Source: the human T2T-CHM13v2.0 reference genome, Homo sapiens
DNA: 64,000 bases
Strand: one strand, 5' to 3'
Assembly (NCBI RefSeq): GCF_009914755.1
Contig: NC_060930.1
The translations under genes were made by a program, and so were the position numbers. The notes under the pieces are model-generated. The model was not told where the DNA came from. It made no database searches and saw only the letters and a program-made list of their open reading frames with translations. Positions 50,201-63,731 of the stretch are shown here, one piece after another. Position 1 is the first letter of the stretch; every line of letters begins with the position of its first letter.

Positions 50201-53200
50201 GTAGACAGTGGGTAGAACAATTAGCAGCAAGAAGCACCCTGCTGCAAGCTTGCCTGTGTGATGAGGTGGAGAGGCACTGAATGCCCCTTCCTCGTCACTG
50301 TGCTCACTTTGGTGGAGGCTTATCATGATCGACTAGGACAATTTTCTAGCATGTCTGCACCGAATCTCTTCCCGATAGAATTGAAGGTGAACTCAGGGCA
50401 GCATGGAGTGCCCACCTGGCCTCCTCCCAGTGTGTCTGCGTCTCCGCTTAGTCTCCGAAGTGAGTTGTTTGGTTGCATGTGGATCGGCCTTTGGATGGGA
50501 AGGGTCAGGAACCCTCACTGGATGACCCTCGCTTTCCAGAGGCGGCACAGGACAGAAATCACACCTGCCCTGTCGAGGGTGGACAGAGTTCATGTGGAGC
50601 CTGGGATTTGGGTGGGTGATGGGGGCGGGGGACTTTTCATAGGTTCAGCAGAAGAGGAGGGTGAGGGAGGGCACAGGGCGAGCCAGGCCGCGCGTCACGG
50701 GCAGGACACGGCCGCTTCCCTTCCAGGTCTCCTGCTGGTGGGAACAGGAGCGCATGTGCCCGGGAAGCTCGGTGGATAAAGGCTGTCGCTCGCGCTTGTT
50801 TGGGAAACTGGGGGGAAGTCCTGATGAAAAAGGGGTGCCTGGGAGTGGGCTGGAAGAGCTTTAAAATGCCAGGCTGCTGGGGTAACTGTGGGGTGTGGGA
50901 TGCCCGGGCTCCCCAGACCCCTTCGTCAGCAGCTTCGCGTGGCCTCCTTCATTCATACATCCCCAAGCCACAATGGAGCAAGGCAGAGAACTGCTGTGGC
51001 CCCGAGGTAGGGGGAAGAGGGTCCGGAGTGGCTCCAGGCACCTACAAATGTCTCCTAGGGATGGGGTCTTTGAGGACCTCAGGCTGCCTTTCCCATCACC
51101 TGTTTTAGTGACCTTCGTATCTTCTCTTTTTAATTTTTATTCTTCTGAAATCAGCCTATTTAGGAAGTACAGTATAATACCTATAAATATTCTCAGCCTC
51201 GGAAAGATTTACTTTTATAAAATACACAACTAAGTAAGTCGTGCAAAACATCTGATGTAAGATATTTATAATACAGGCCTCTCCCTGAGCTAGTGGTGCC
51301 TGGAGCCAGGGTTCCCAAGAGTCCCGGGACCCAAGTGCACATCACAACCTGCAGAAGAATCAACACCTCATTCAGACACTTAACCCTGTGATGTCAATAT
51401 CTGTAGATACACATGAGATTGGCAAAGTAGAGATGTGTTTTCAGAGTCCTCTTGATTTCACAGTGGCTTTTTGTCATTTTTTTTGGTTGTTCATTTCAAT
51501 TAGTGGACAGTAAGAACACCTGTGCTACCCGTGAGCAGCCAGCACAATGTATTCTGACATCAAACAGCTCCTTAGAAAGTCTGGGAACCCTGCCATGAGA
51601 CGTCATGCAAATCCAGTTGAGAGTCCTTTGTCTCTTATGATTCTAAACAAAAGTACCACCTTCTTCAGGGAAAGTGGAATTGACCCACCCTGTGACCGGC
51701 AAGTGCCCGCTGGAGGGCACCTTCCCTGGGGGGTAGTTTAGTTTTCCTTTCAATGCCGTGAACAGTTTCACTTCCAATTAAGCACCAAAGCAAAAGATAT
51801 ACAGAAATAGTTCATTTGGAAGAGGATGGAGTCAAATCAGCTGTTTTTCTTTTTATTATACTTACTATAATTTAAAAAAATCCTAAATGAAGGCGACATG
51901 GAGAGATTTCCTCCTGTTAGGGACGGGCCTGACATCGCGCATCTCAGGTCTTCTGTGCAGGCAGAATCCACGGCGAAGACGTGCCTTGTTCATCACCTGT
52001 GCAGAGAACGAAGAAAGCAACCTTCATGCTTCCCTTTCTCACTAGAAAAACAAAAGCATGAGTCTGGAATCTATGCAACGTGATATTGTTTTAGAAACTG
52101 CGGAAATTTCTGTTTCTATTCTGGGGTGTTTTCCAAGCACCACGATGGTAGCACAACGCTCACCTGCCCCAGCTTGATTCATCAGATTTCACCAGCTCAC
52201 TGCACAGGATGCATAGGTGGTGCACAACAGCGTGTGCAGCTTACTGCTTATAAATCAACTAGCTTGCTCATAAGACACCGTTACTGCAGACTTTTTAATC
52301 TCTCTTACCCTACCCCTGGGAAAAGGACTGGTAAGTGTAACGTTCATGAAGTATCTTGCATAGGCAAGGATTTACTCAAATGCCAAACTCAACTTAAACC
52401 TGAGTTTTTCAATGCTAAGCATTGGGAGGCCTGAACCAGCTCCTATCTGAGGCAGCATTAACATGCTTGCCCTTCATACTAAGAGAAATATTCACTTTCT
52501 CTAGGGATGAGGAGTGGTTAGCAGAAGGAAATCAAACTTTTCTGGAAATGATTTCAGCATATTCATCTTGTAAGAATGTCTTCTGATATAATGCTTAAAA
52601 AAACAAGTGAATGTGAGAGTTGCTTTACACAATTCCCCCTGGGTTTTAGGAATTTCACCAAATACAGTCTGGGGACCTGGAGTCTTTCTGCCTGGTCAGT
52701 CCTGGAGGTGGAATCTGGAAACAGCCTTGGATCGCAGCCTTCCACTGCTGGGCTCGGCCCTCCATTGGGTCCCCCCTTCACCCCACGCCCTTTCCCAGAG
52801 GCCTCCTGCTTCTGAACTCCTGCTTCCCAGAGGCCTCTGCAACTGAAATGTTCATTTTGGTGGGGCTGTGATTGGTGGGCTCAGAGCCAGAATTTCCCAT
52901 CTCAACTGCCCTTTGAAAGACAACGGCAAGAGGGACCCAGGTGACATGGAACAGAGCTGTGTGCCTGCCAGGGAGAAAGTCTATGTACAAGGAATGCTGT
53001 GAGCCATCTCCGCTTCCAGTGGGCAAGACCAGAAGTCACCTGAACTGTGTACCTGGTGGGTCCTCTGGCCTCTGCCTCTCAGCCACTCTTTTGTGAAGAA
53101 TAAATGAAACAGCTTCTGCACAGAGCCCAGCGCTATGCTGGGTGCATCATACACATTTCAGAAAATGTACCCTGACCACAGCATGAGCCATGGTGCCCAC

Positions 53201-56200
53201 AGAAAACACAGAGTGTGCCCGGTGGGACCTTCAGAAACGGGCGGAGTCCCCTTTGCCTCTCCCCAGTCTCTGCATCCGTTCCCATTGGGCGTGTTATCGG
53301 ATGAACGCAGAGGGCTGAAGCGCTCTGGCTTTTCATTGTGGGTTTTTGAGCCAATGTAAAGACATTTGTTCCCATGGACCCTGGATTTTCAGAGACACCC
53401 AGATATCAGGAGCGGCACAGCTGGCGTTCTGTGGAAAGTCATACCAATTATTTATGATCTAATGCTTTTAGATTAGAAAAATCAACAATATCACATCTGG
53501 GGAAATAGTTGTTATGGTCCACTGTGTGATAAAAAATACAAATGATCCAAGATCCTAAGAAATATAATATTCAATAAACAGGATGTCCGCATTCTAGTGT
53601 TTTCTTTCAATTTATGTTAAGGCCTTTGTGGAATCAATGTGACTTGGTGTAGAGATGGGTTGCCCCCACTGTCAATCACTTTCAAGAGCTTTGCTACCTC
53701 CTCCTCTCAGCCTCTCCTCCTAGGAAGCATCTGAAGCTCCTGGGGCTCCCTGGAGGCAGGTGCACAGCCTGGACCCCCAGGACAGGTAGTGGTGCCATGT
53801 TTCCAGCCCATCTCCTTCCTATAATTACAAGTAGAAGAAATACATGGGCTCACAGACTATTTGATAATCCAATTAATGAAAAGTTAATCATATTAAACTT
53901 CCAGAAAAAAACATATTTTGACTAATTAGCTGCTGACACACCTCTAAAGTACTATTCCCCTGTAATTGTTGTCTGTGTATCCTTTGGTTGACTCTTCATG
54001 TGCCAAGTCTTGTATAGAGAAAATTAAAAGTTAATTCAGCAATCCAGCATGCCTGACCAAAACTGATTTTTATTACTGAGTTTAGGAAATATTTTATATA
54101 GAAAACTTCGTTGTAATAGCATGCAACTTTTTATAATTTTTTCGTTTCCTTTGGGAAAACCTCTACCAAGTTGCTTTTGTCCATAACGATGTGATTTCAG
54201 AGCTGTTTAAGTCTTCCTCTGCTCCGACCCCTTTTAAGTTGGCCATATCCATTAGTGAATTTGCTTTTAGTGCCCTCATTTTTATTATGTATGAAACTCG
54301 ACGTCAACACTGTCCGTTGTGTTCCTATGAGTAACTCTTCTGTACCAACTAGCTCAGGAGCCCATGGTTTTCTTCTACTGGCAATTCCTCTTTCTTTTAT
54401 GCATTCTTTTGTATGTATAGTCTGAGTGTGTATGAGTGCAAGGTGCTTGCAGACTTTCTGAGGACAAGAGGTAACACATCCTGAGACATGGTTTAATTTG
54501 CAGGGATGCATAGAACATAAACCACACACAGAGTCACCTGCTGTGTGTAACCCAGCTATAGTTTTGCACCACACACACAGGAATTCTGATCAACTCTATT
54601 TGGCATGGTTCATGTCAGTAAAGAAAAGCAAAGCCTGATGTACTGTTCATTGTAGATGCTGTGTTATCAGTAGCAATCCTGGAGGACTGCGTTTTTATTT
54701 TGGGTAGGCAATGCGACCTGAGTCCACCGTGTACAGTTTCACACTCTCGATGACTGGAAGAATTCTTTATAGATTGTTTCTAGCTCCTTATATTTAAACC
54801 TGATTTCTCCTCCAGTATTCACAGGCTGCCAAAGAACGTCCCCATCAGGACATGCCTCTTAGTTCTGCCCTCAGATCTAGCCAAGAGGGCCATGCTCTGG
54901 GCCTGCTTTTGGGAGGACCTCACCCTGGCCTTGCTGGGCCACCAAGCCCCACCCCACGGTGTGTCCCTGGGAGCCCTGGAGCCTGCTTCACTCTGTAGAT
55001 TTGGCCAGGCATCCTGGGCCCAGGAATTCCCTACTCACCAAGCCCTGAGCCCCTTGAGGGTCTGCATAAGCCCCTCAGTGGATCTTCCTTCTGAGGGTAG
55101 AGTGCACTGCGGTGTGAGCCCCAGGTCAAAGAGGGCAGCTGGCAGGAGCCGTGGAAAGAGCATGGACCTGGAGGCCAAAGGGCCCTGCAGTGCACACATG
55201 TGTCTGGGCAGGGGGCCCAGCTGGCATCGCCACAGGCCATGGATGCCAGGGATGGGTGGGAGATGGGAAGTTTCCAGAAGGATGGGAAGAGAAAGGAAGT
55301 GCTGTCCAGAGGCCCACAGAGCACGTTCGGTCAGGAACCCGATGCTGCCCCTCTAGGGCCTGCACTTGATGAATGTTGGACTCGGCGGCTTCAGGTTTTG
55401 TTCAGTGTTTTGCTCACTGGCTCACTCTTGGCAAGTTTCTTTCTGCTGCTAATATCTATTGCCTTAAACCAGTCTTTTCCTTTCTTTTAGGGTTCTGTAC
55501 CTCTGTTTGTCAACGCATCCCTTCTGAAAATTATGTAACACAAAGCATATGGCTGGGCTTAGGTCTTTATTTTCCTTTGAAATCCTTCAGCCCTACCACT
55601 ATGCAGTGTCCGGCCAACAGGGAAGCCAGAGATGTCCTGGTTTAGCATCCTCCTGTTAGGGGGAGGCGGCCGGAGTCAGGTTCAGGTGTGGCCGTGGTGG
55701 CTGCACCTGCTCCTCCTGCCATCAGCCAATGGTGCCCTCCCTGGCCCTGTGCTCACTCGGCTTTGTCTTTGATGCCTCTCTGGGCCCAGCATCTCCCCGG
55801 TGCTCTCCAGGCTCCTCACATCATTCCCCCTCAGGCTGGGGCTTACCCCAGAGCTCCAGCTTCTGAGTGTGGGGTGAGGGGCCCCTGCCACTGGGCAGCC
55901 ACAGAGGGCGGAAGGCATGGAGGTGACAGTGGGAACTCTTTCGGGTGACCCTGAATAGACACCATCTGTTGGAACACTGCCAGAATATTTGCCTCTTCGT
56001 GCTGATGGATAAGGAAAATAATGCCCACTCAGTGCTTAGCAAAGGGTAGAGTCGGTGAGTGGTGGCAGGAAGGGGTGGGAAAGGGGAGAGGGTGGTGGCG
56101 GGGAAGGGCCTCAGATCTTCCATCTGGTCTTCCTCACTGATGTCAGAGGCCTCTGCTGTGGGGCGGGAAGGCAGTGTGGGTAGCTCCGGTCTGGCGGCAC

Positions 56201-56409
56201 AGCTTTTGGGACTCCAGGTGCTTGATTCAGCAAAACTTCTCCAGGGCCAAAACTGGCTTTGTGAGGGTGACCGCCAGGGCCTCATCGAGGTAGGCAGAGA
56301 GGGTTAAATAACCCACACAAGGAATAAGCAGGGACCAGTGCGGGAGCTATGGGGGAATGGAAGACATTGAAGTGAGGAGAGGGTCCTGAGCCACCTAAGT
56401 TGTGGGAAT

Positions 56410-56900
56410 TGCTGGTTGGGGGTTGAGGCTCAGAAGACAGAATCAGAATCCGCACTTCTAAGCAGAAGAGTATTTATTTTGGGGGCACTCAATGGCTTAC
56501 AGAGGCACTGGAGGAGCTAAAGAAGTAGAATTCACACTGAGCTTTTAGAAACAGTTCCCACAGCCTTGCCCCAGAACTGGGTCCCAAGGAAGCAGCTGCC
56601 TCTTCCTCACTCAGGAGCCTGGTGCATTAGGGGCTGTCACCCCAGAACTGGGTCCCCAGGAGGCTGATGCTGCAGCTTTCAACTTTGGAATTACACAGCC
56701 TCATGCAGCCAATGCCTGGGCCCCAGAACCTCCTCTGTGTCCTTGGGGACTGTTCTTGCAGCAGCCTGTATCCCATCCCACCTTGCAAGTCTGGCACAGG
56801 TGCCTCTGATGGAGAGAACGTAAATGCTACCTGCAATCACAGCTGCCGAGTCATATGGGAGATGTGACTTTAGCTTTCAATCTCTGTTCAAGAGGTTGTC
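56410..56900 (-). mobile_element. LTR33-like ERVL LTR
   Basis: tatttattttggggg..tggcttacag; ggtgcctctgatgg..cagctgc..tgggagatgtgactttagctttc. Confidence 0.45.
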
Positions 56901-57134
56901 ACATTAAAAATGGGAATGGCTGTGGCCTGGCTATTCTGGGGACATGGAAAGGGGACAGAGAGGAGCTGGCTGGAGGAATAGAAATAGCCAAAGAGCTTGG
57001 TAAGATAAGTCTTCCTAAAATTTAAGCTCTTAGTTCTGATGCTGTGTGATAAGCCCTTGAACTTGGAGTAAAACTCTCCTGTAAATAATACCTCCTGCAA
57101 ATGATGTCTGGGGATTAAGGAAAAGTGCAAGAAT

Positions 57135-57560
57135 TCTTCCTGTGCACGTGATAAAAACTCAATTCAAACTAGCTCAAGCAAAAATATTATTATCTCATGT
57201 AACTGAGAATTCTAAGAAGAAGATGGACTTCAGGCATGGTTGGATCTAGGTGCTCAACCCAGGCATATTCCTGCTTTTATCTCTTGCCTTTGTTCTTCTT
57301 TGCATTGGCTTCATTTTTTAGAAGGCTGTTTCTATGTCCCACCTACCACTCCAGGCAGATGTAATGTGTACAACTGATAATCTCAGAAGCAGAAGGGTTC
57401 TATTTGTTCCAGTGTTTGTATCAATTCTAGAAAAAGGAGGTTGGCTTGCTTGAGACATGCACTGCCTTTTGGCCCAGTTGCTGTGTTCAGGGGTGCAGCG
57501 TTCTCTGGACAGCCAGGCTGTGCCCAGGGACAGTGGGATTGGTGGGCAGCCCCACTAGAA
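57135..57560 (-). mobile_element. MLT1J/K-like LTR
   Basis: aaactcaattcaaactagctcaagcaaaaa...ctcatgtaactgag...gacttcaggcatggttggatctaggtgctcaa. Confidence 0.75.
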
Positions 57561-58372
57561 TCATGCAGAATGGAGCAGGCTTGTCCACAAAGGCTCTGAT
57601 TACAGCTGAAACAGGCCCCCAGGGAGTGCTTGGAGTGGCATGGAGCAGAAATAAGGGTACGGTCACCCACAGATATGAGGACCGAGGTAGAGCAAGCATG
57701 TGGGAGTCCCTCAGCAAGCCCAGATGCCATGCACCAAGGAAGCTTCCTCACCCCGAGTCCCCCGAGGTCTGAGGAGGGCGGCTGGGTCTGGCTCCATAAG
57801 TGGCACCATGGTTTGATGCGACTCACCTGAGTGAAAAGTACACGGTGACCCAGCAGGCAGCCAGGTCACTCGACACAATGCAAAAATTGTTTTTCTAACC
57901 ATTCTGTTTGTCTCCAACTCCTGAGACGTTTCCTTTCATTTTAACCTGACCAATCTTCATCCTGCAACTTTGAGGCCAGCATAGTAACCACTCTCCATGG
58001 GTCTCAGCAATTGGTGTATCTGAAGTTAGGTTTCCTGAATTGTGTTCTTATTTAATGATATATCAAACTTTTTTCAGCTGATTCACTAAAACCTATCATC
58101 ATAGACTCCATCTTTTCAAAATCTACATCAAGAATACAACTTAAAAAGGGTGACAGGCTGCCCAAATGTGGCCAAAGCTGAGTGATAAACACGATAATCC
58201 AATCAAAGGGGGGCAGGCTTCGTATTTGGAAAAACAGACTCTCACGTGAAATAAAAGCAATGCCACTTTGCTCTGTTTCAGTGGCCTCTAGGTCTTTGGG
58301 CTGACACGTAAGATGGTACAGAAACTCCTGTGCGGTCGACCTACCTAACCTCATTGTCCGGTAGTGAGGCAT

Positions 58373-58470
58373 GGTGTGCTGTGCACTCGTCCGTGTATGT
58401 GTGAACATGCATAAATATGTGTATGTGTTTGGGCACATGTGTGCACGTGCATGTTGGTGCGTGTGTGTGC
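58373..58470. repeat. Degenerate (TG)n tract
   Basis: gtgtatgtgtg..gcacatgtgtgcacgtgcatg. Confidence 0.75.
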
Positions 58471-59170
58471 TTGAATGCCGGAATAACAAGGAATGAGAAA
58501 GCGATGTGTGGGGCAGACGCAGATTTACTAGCTATGCACTTTATAAAATAAAAACATACACATTTGCACAAGATTTTATTTTATAAAATGATTCCTTATA
58601 TCAATTTTATTCAACCTTAATAAATTGCTCAGAAGTTATGGCTATGCAGCCTTTAGCTGTAAAAAGTGAAATTTATATACTTATGTAATATTTGCCAATA
58701 AAGTGAAAAAGACATATATATATTTTTTCTCAGTTTATGAGCATCGCGGTGACTACTGCAACCCAACAGAGACTGTGGATCATGACGGAAGAATTCCTGC
58801 TCTTCGCAGTGTGTCCCTTCTGTTCAAAATAAGACAGACATGTTTGTTATTGCTATAGCAACTCACAACTACCAAATAGACACCTCCGCCCAGCGTGACA
58901 CCCTTTCATTGCATCAGCACCAGGCCCCACTTCTGTTGTTGAAGGTGCTGGGACTGGGACGTGACCTCTCTCAGGAAGGGGAGCAAGGCTTGCCGTTCCC
59001 ATCACAGCATCTGCATGCACTTACTCTGACCCAGGTGCAACAGCTGTCAGCCTCTGTCCTGCAGAATGGGCTGGACAGCTAAATGCTATGAGCATTAGAT
59101 GTTATACTGCTCACGGCTTCTTACCTCACCCACCCCTCCCACTCCTCCCTGAGCAGCCTTAGCAAAGAAT

Positions 59171-59251
59171 TTCCTCCTCCTTCTCCTTCTCCTCCTCCCC
59201 CTCCTCCTCCTTCTCCTTCTCCCCCTCCTTCTCCTTCTCCCCCTCCTTCTC
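59171..59251. repeat. Polypyrimidine (CCT/CTT) tract with 18-bp periodicity
   Basis: ctccttctccccctcctt repeated; C/T-only except one A. Confidence 0.95.
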
Positions 59252-60479
59252 CTTCTCCCCCTCCTTCTCCTTCTCCTCTTCCTCCACCTCCTGCTACCCT
59301 TCTCTTGCAAGACTTTTGGCCCAGAGCATTTCTTTCCATCATATTTTGGCTTATGTTTGAATTCTAAATTCCGAAGTTCTCAACTCCTTACATATAAAAC
59401 AAACAAAATAATGTACTTTTTTGTTATTTTCAATTGAACATGTAGAGAATCACACATACATACACACACACAGAATGTGCAAGAGGCTTCAGACCACCTG
59501 CATTCACTCTGACGTCGGTGAGGAGAACTAGGAAAATGCCAAGTGATCTCACCACTGGCTCTTGCTTTGCTGAGACAGTTTTCCAGACTCAGGCCTTCCA
59601 GGACAAGGACTTCAACGTGTTTCCTTCTTCTTCCCTGGTCACAGCAAACCATTTACAGGCATAGGAAAGTAAGAAATTATGAGGTCCAGAAGAGAGGAGG
59701 GAGATGGTGCAGGCGATGGAGCAGATGCAGGGTTCAGCCTTGGAGGGGAGCTCTGAGGCTGTGCCTCGGTCTGGCTCCTGGGGATGTGCAGGCTGATGTC
59801 GCAGTAACATGTCCAGAGCCTGGCTTGGTTTCGCTGTGTGCTAGCACCATATTATCCAGCGTGGGCTTGAATATGGCCCCTTGCACTGGGGAGGGAGGGA
59901 GAAGCCCCATGGCAGCTCTCCCAGTTAAGCTGAACAAAGGTTATTAAAAGTTTGGCCAATACTTTCCCTGCCTGAAGCATCCGAGTTGTTCTGATGGCTC
60001 AGGGAGGTCCCAAGTACCTGGTTTTAGGAACCTGTGAGCTCTTTAGTCACAAAAGCCATTTGCTTGTCTTTATATGTTTTTATTTCTATTTATCTGCCCA
60101 GCAAAGCCCTGCTGTTGTTCACACAATCTTTTTTTGGTTCAGATGAATAACTTAATAGACTTTCATAGACAAGACACTGTAAGCAGTTGAGTCAATTGGG
60201 AAACCCAGGTTTCAACCTGCACAGTTAAAAGGAAAGCAAGAAAACACGCCACAGAAATGCATCAAAACTCACCGCAGAAATCCATCAAAGCACACATTGT
60301 TTGGGAGCAGGAATTCAGAGCCGCTCCACCCAGTGTGAAATTGTATCCTCCCTGCCAAACTGAAGACACTAATTTTCCTTTTCAACTTTGCCCAACAATG
60401 TTAACTGTTGAGTTTCGAGGGACCACTTCATCTACGTGATATCACTTAAATTTACTGTTGCCATTCACAATGCGGCACT

Positions 60480-60600
60480 TGGAGATACAAAGTGATTTGG
60501 CCAGGGGCCCACTGCTGGTAGCTGCAGGGGAGGGATTCGAATGCGGGTCTGTCTGCCTCAGAGTTTCTTGTTTCATTCTCAGTCCATACAACGCCCCACA
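60480..60600 (-). mobile_element. MIR fragment
   Basis: aagtgatttggccagggg..cactgctggtag..gggattcgaa..gggtctgtctgcctcagag. Confidence 0.65.
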
Positions 60601-60999
60601 CTCACTCCCACCTGAGTTTTAGAAACAAAGTCTTGATTCTTGCCTCTGGAGATAAGTTCAAGATATTAATAAATGCAAGATATTATCTAATATTGTGAAG
60701 TGGAAAAAGGCAGGATTGTGTGTGTGATCTCATTTTTTTTTGTAAAAAGAAAGTCTCCATAAAGGAAATACACATATATTAATAGAAAGATCACCAGGTG
60801 GGGGAGGTGGCAGATTCTAGATGATATTTTATTATTTTTTTCTACCTTTCACCTTCACATATGTAGTATGCCGTCACTACCCCAACCTTACATCATTGGA
60901 GTCATTCATTAAACCCCAATCTGTGTGAGTCACTGCGGAAGTGAGGCTAACAGAAGCCCACACTGAAGGCCGCGTTCCTTCGTGGCGCCGTCCCATGCC

Positions 61000-61140
61000 A
61001 AAGCTGCTGTTCCCACGTGGCTACGGAGCTCTGGAGATGAAGTGAGTGACACCAAGGAGCTGAATGTTGAATTCCATGTAATTTTAATTAACATTTAAAT
61101 AGCCGCGTGCGGGTAGTAACTACCGTATTGGCCAGTACAA
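61000..61140 (+). mobile_element. MER3 (hAT-Charlie) fragment
   Basis: cacgtggcta..gagc...aggagctgaat...taattttaattaa..tttaaatagcc...actaccgtattggccagtac. Confidence 0.75.
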
Positions 61141-62568
61141 TTAGTAACAGGGATGTTTTAAAACACACATTTAAATGAATCACAGGTGAAGTCGGCTGTG
61201 CCCGTCTGACTTGGCAGACAGGGGCCGACAACTGGGCAACTGCGCAGACCTTCTCTGGCATCACACACAGCGCAGGACGGCGCGGGACCCGAGCAGCTGG
61301 CTTACCTGAATTGTGGCAGCAGCAGTAACAACCCCGAACTAGCTTCAGGGTGTGGATTTAATTACAGAAGCCGGAGGAGGGCAGGCACTGGCTGTCTTCA
61401 ATCTTTCTCAGTGACCTCCACCTGTCTGCTTCCAACTGAGTAAAAGTCTGACTTGATGGCTTCATGATGATCTAATTGATGAGGAAGTACTTTTGTTTAT
61501 ACTACCTTCATCCAAGACACAATTTCCTGTTAAATATTTCAATATGAAGACTGCCTGTTTGTTTAATGATTTTTTAAAAACAAATTTACCGCCAGAATTA
61601 GTGCATGAAGGTCCCGAGGCCGTGGCTGCATCCTAAATGCCCCAGCAATGAGCAGAGGGGAGCCCAGCCCCACCCTCTTAATGTAGCTCTGGTCCCTAAC
61701 GCGATGCTTCTAATCTTATGAGCCTTGACTAGTTTTTAAATCCAGGAGCACCAGAGCTCCAATCACAAGGTCCTGTATTCTGTCTAGGATCTTGGTTAAA
61801 GCAATGAACGTGTCCCTTGCTTTGCTTTTGCCCCAGAGACCTCTAATTGCCAACATTTCACCTTAAAAATCTCTTGCAAACCTTAATTCTCAAAACCCTT
61901 CTGTAACAACATAGACAGGAAGACCACTTCTAGCGCTTTTCCATCTATTTTTATATTCATAATTTTATTCGTTTGTTGGGAAATTTAAGGCATATAGAAG
62001 TTAAAACCACAGCCAAGCCTCAGGAGATGCACATGTTCAAAGATTTCAGAGTGCAGAGAGTCATTTCATTTTTTACGAAGCACGTGCTCTGCTTCCGGAC
62101 GGCGCTAAGTCGGCTGTGTGCCCGGGCGCCCGCAGTTGCGGTTGTCACATGGGCCTGGGGGCAGTGGACAGCGGAGGGCAAGTCAAGGAACCACACTGAC
62201 AGTAATCACCCTGGCTTCAGTGTTTCCATGAAGTGCTCTTAGATGCAATGATTGTGAAGTGGGAAAATCATGAGTGGCCACCTGGGCGAGCCTCACTGGC
62301 CGACATCTCTGCATCTGAGCATCTCTGCGGTTGCTACTGTCCGGTAATTTCGGTCTGTTCCGGGCACCTGGATCAAAGTCAGAGGCCCTCCCTCAGGGCT
62401 CCTCTTCAACTGGCCTCCGCACTAGGGTCCTATCTTGGGCAGGATCCTGGAGGCTCACCCGCTTCTTCCCAGGATGGAAAAGGCGTCTGGGCTGCTTGTG
62501 TCTGATGAGGAACTTGTTTGACAGGTGAGAGGCACAGAGCGGATGAGTGGATTCACGTGGAACCAAGA

Positions 62569-63398
62569 GTTCCCAAACTGCCTGCGCCTGAGACTCACCA
62601 GTTCCCAAACCGCCTGCGCCTGAGACTCACCGGTTCCCAAACCGCCTGCACTTGAGACTCAGGGGTTCCCAAACCGCCTGGGCCCGAGACTCACCGGTTC
62701 CCAAACCGCCTGCGCCTGAGACTCACCGGTTCCCAAACCGCCTGCGCCTGAGACTCACCGGTTCCCAAACCGCCTGCACTTGAGACTCAGGGGTTCCCAA
62801 ACCGCCTGGGCCCGAGACTCACCGGTTCCCAAACCGCCTGCGCCTGAGACTCACCAGTTCCCAAACCGCCTGCACTTGAGACTCACCAGTTCCCAAACCG
62901 CCTGCGCCTGAGACTCACCGGTTCCCAAACCGCCTGCACTTGAGACTCAGGGGTTCCCAAACCGCCTGGGCCCGAGACTCACCGGTTCCCAAACCGCCTG
63001 CGCCTGAGACTCACCGGTTCCCAAACCGCCTGCACTTGAGACTCAGGGGTTCCCAAACCGCCTGGGCCCGAGACTCACCGGTTCCCAAACCGCCTGCGCC
63101 TGAGACTCACCAGTTCCCAAACCGCCTGCACTTGAGACTCACCGGTTCCCAAACCGCCTGCACTTGAGACTCAGGGGTTCCCAAACCGCCTGGGCCCGAG
63201 ACTCACCGGTTCCCAAACCGCCTGCGCCTGAGACTCACCGGTTCCCAAACCGCCTGCACTTGAGACTCACCAGTTCCCAAACCGCCTGGGCCTGAGACTC
63301 ACCGGCTCCCAAACCACCTGCACCTGAAACTCACCAGTTGCCAAACCACCTGCGCCCGGAACTTACTGGCTCCCAGACCGCTGCGCATGAGACTCGCT
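62569..63398. repeat. Minisatellite, 32-bp unit GTTCCCAAACCGCCTGCGCCTGAGACTCACCG, ~26 copies
   Basis: Exact 32-bp period from 62569 to 63337; three main variant units; degenerate right edge. Confidence 0.98.
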
Positions 63399-63493
63399 GG
63401 GGGCGTTACTCACAACGCAGGCTCCTGGGGCCCTCCAGAGACTCCGGTGTCAGCGAGCTCATGGCGCCCACCTCAAGTAACACTGGCCTCGGG

Positions 63494-63683
63494 CACTGAT
63501 TCTCAACCCTGGCTAACCACTAAAAATTTACTCAAGGAGCTTTTAAAAAGTATCAGTGCCTAGGACACAACACAGGTTAATTGAATAAGAACTTCGGGAG
63601 GAGACTCTAGGTACTTGCATTTTCCTAAAAATCTTCCTAAATGACTCAATTTTTCAGCCAAAGTTCAGCAATGCTGGTCTAAG
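63494..63683. mobile_element. MER5A/B (hAT) element
   Basis: cactgattctcaaccctggct...ggagcttttaaaaa...cagccaaagttcagcaatgctggtcta with terminal-inverted-repeat-like ends. Confidence 0.7.
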
Positions 63684-63731
63684 ATGAAAAATAAAATGAC
63701 TGGGTTAGAACCTCAGGCTGTGTGGAACCCA

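Noticed and set aside
59095-59342. Protamine-like poly-Arg ORF
   Set aside because: Antisense translation of the CCT/CTT simple repeat
60530-60545. tRNA-like B box GGATTCGAA
   Set aside because: Part of a MIR; no cloverleaf
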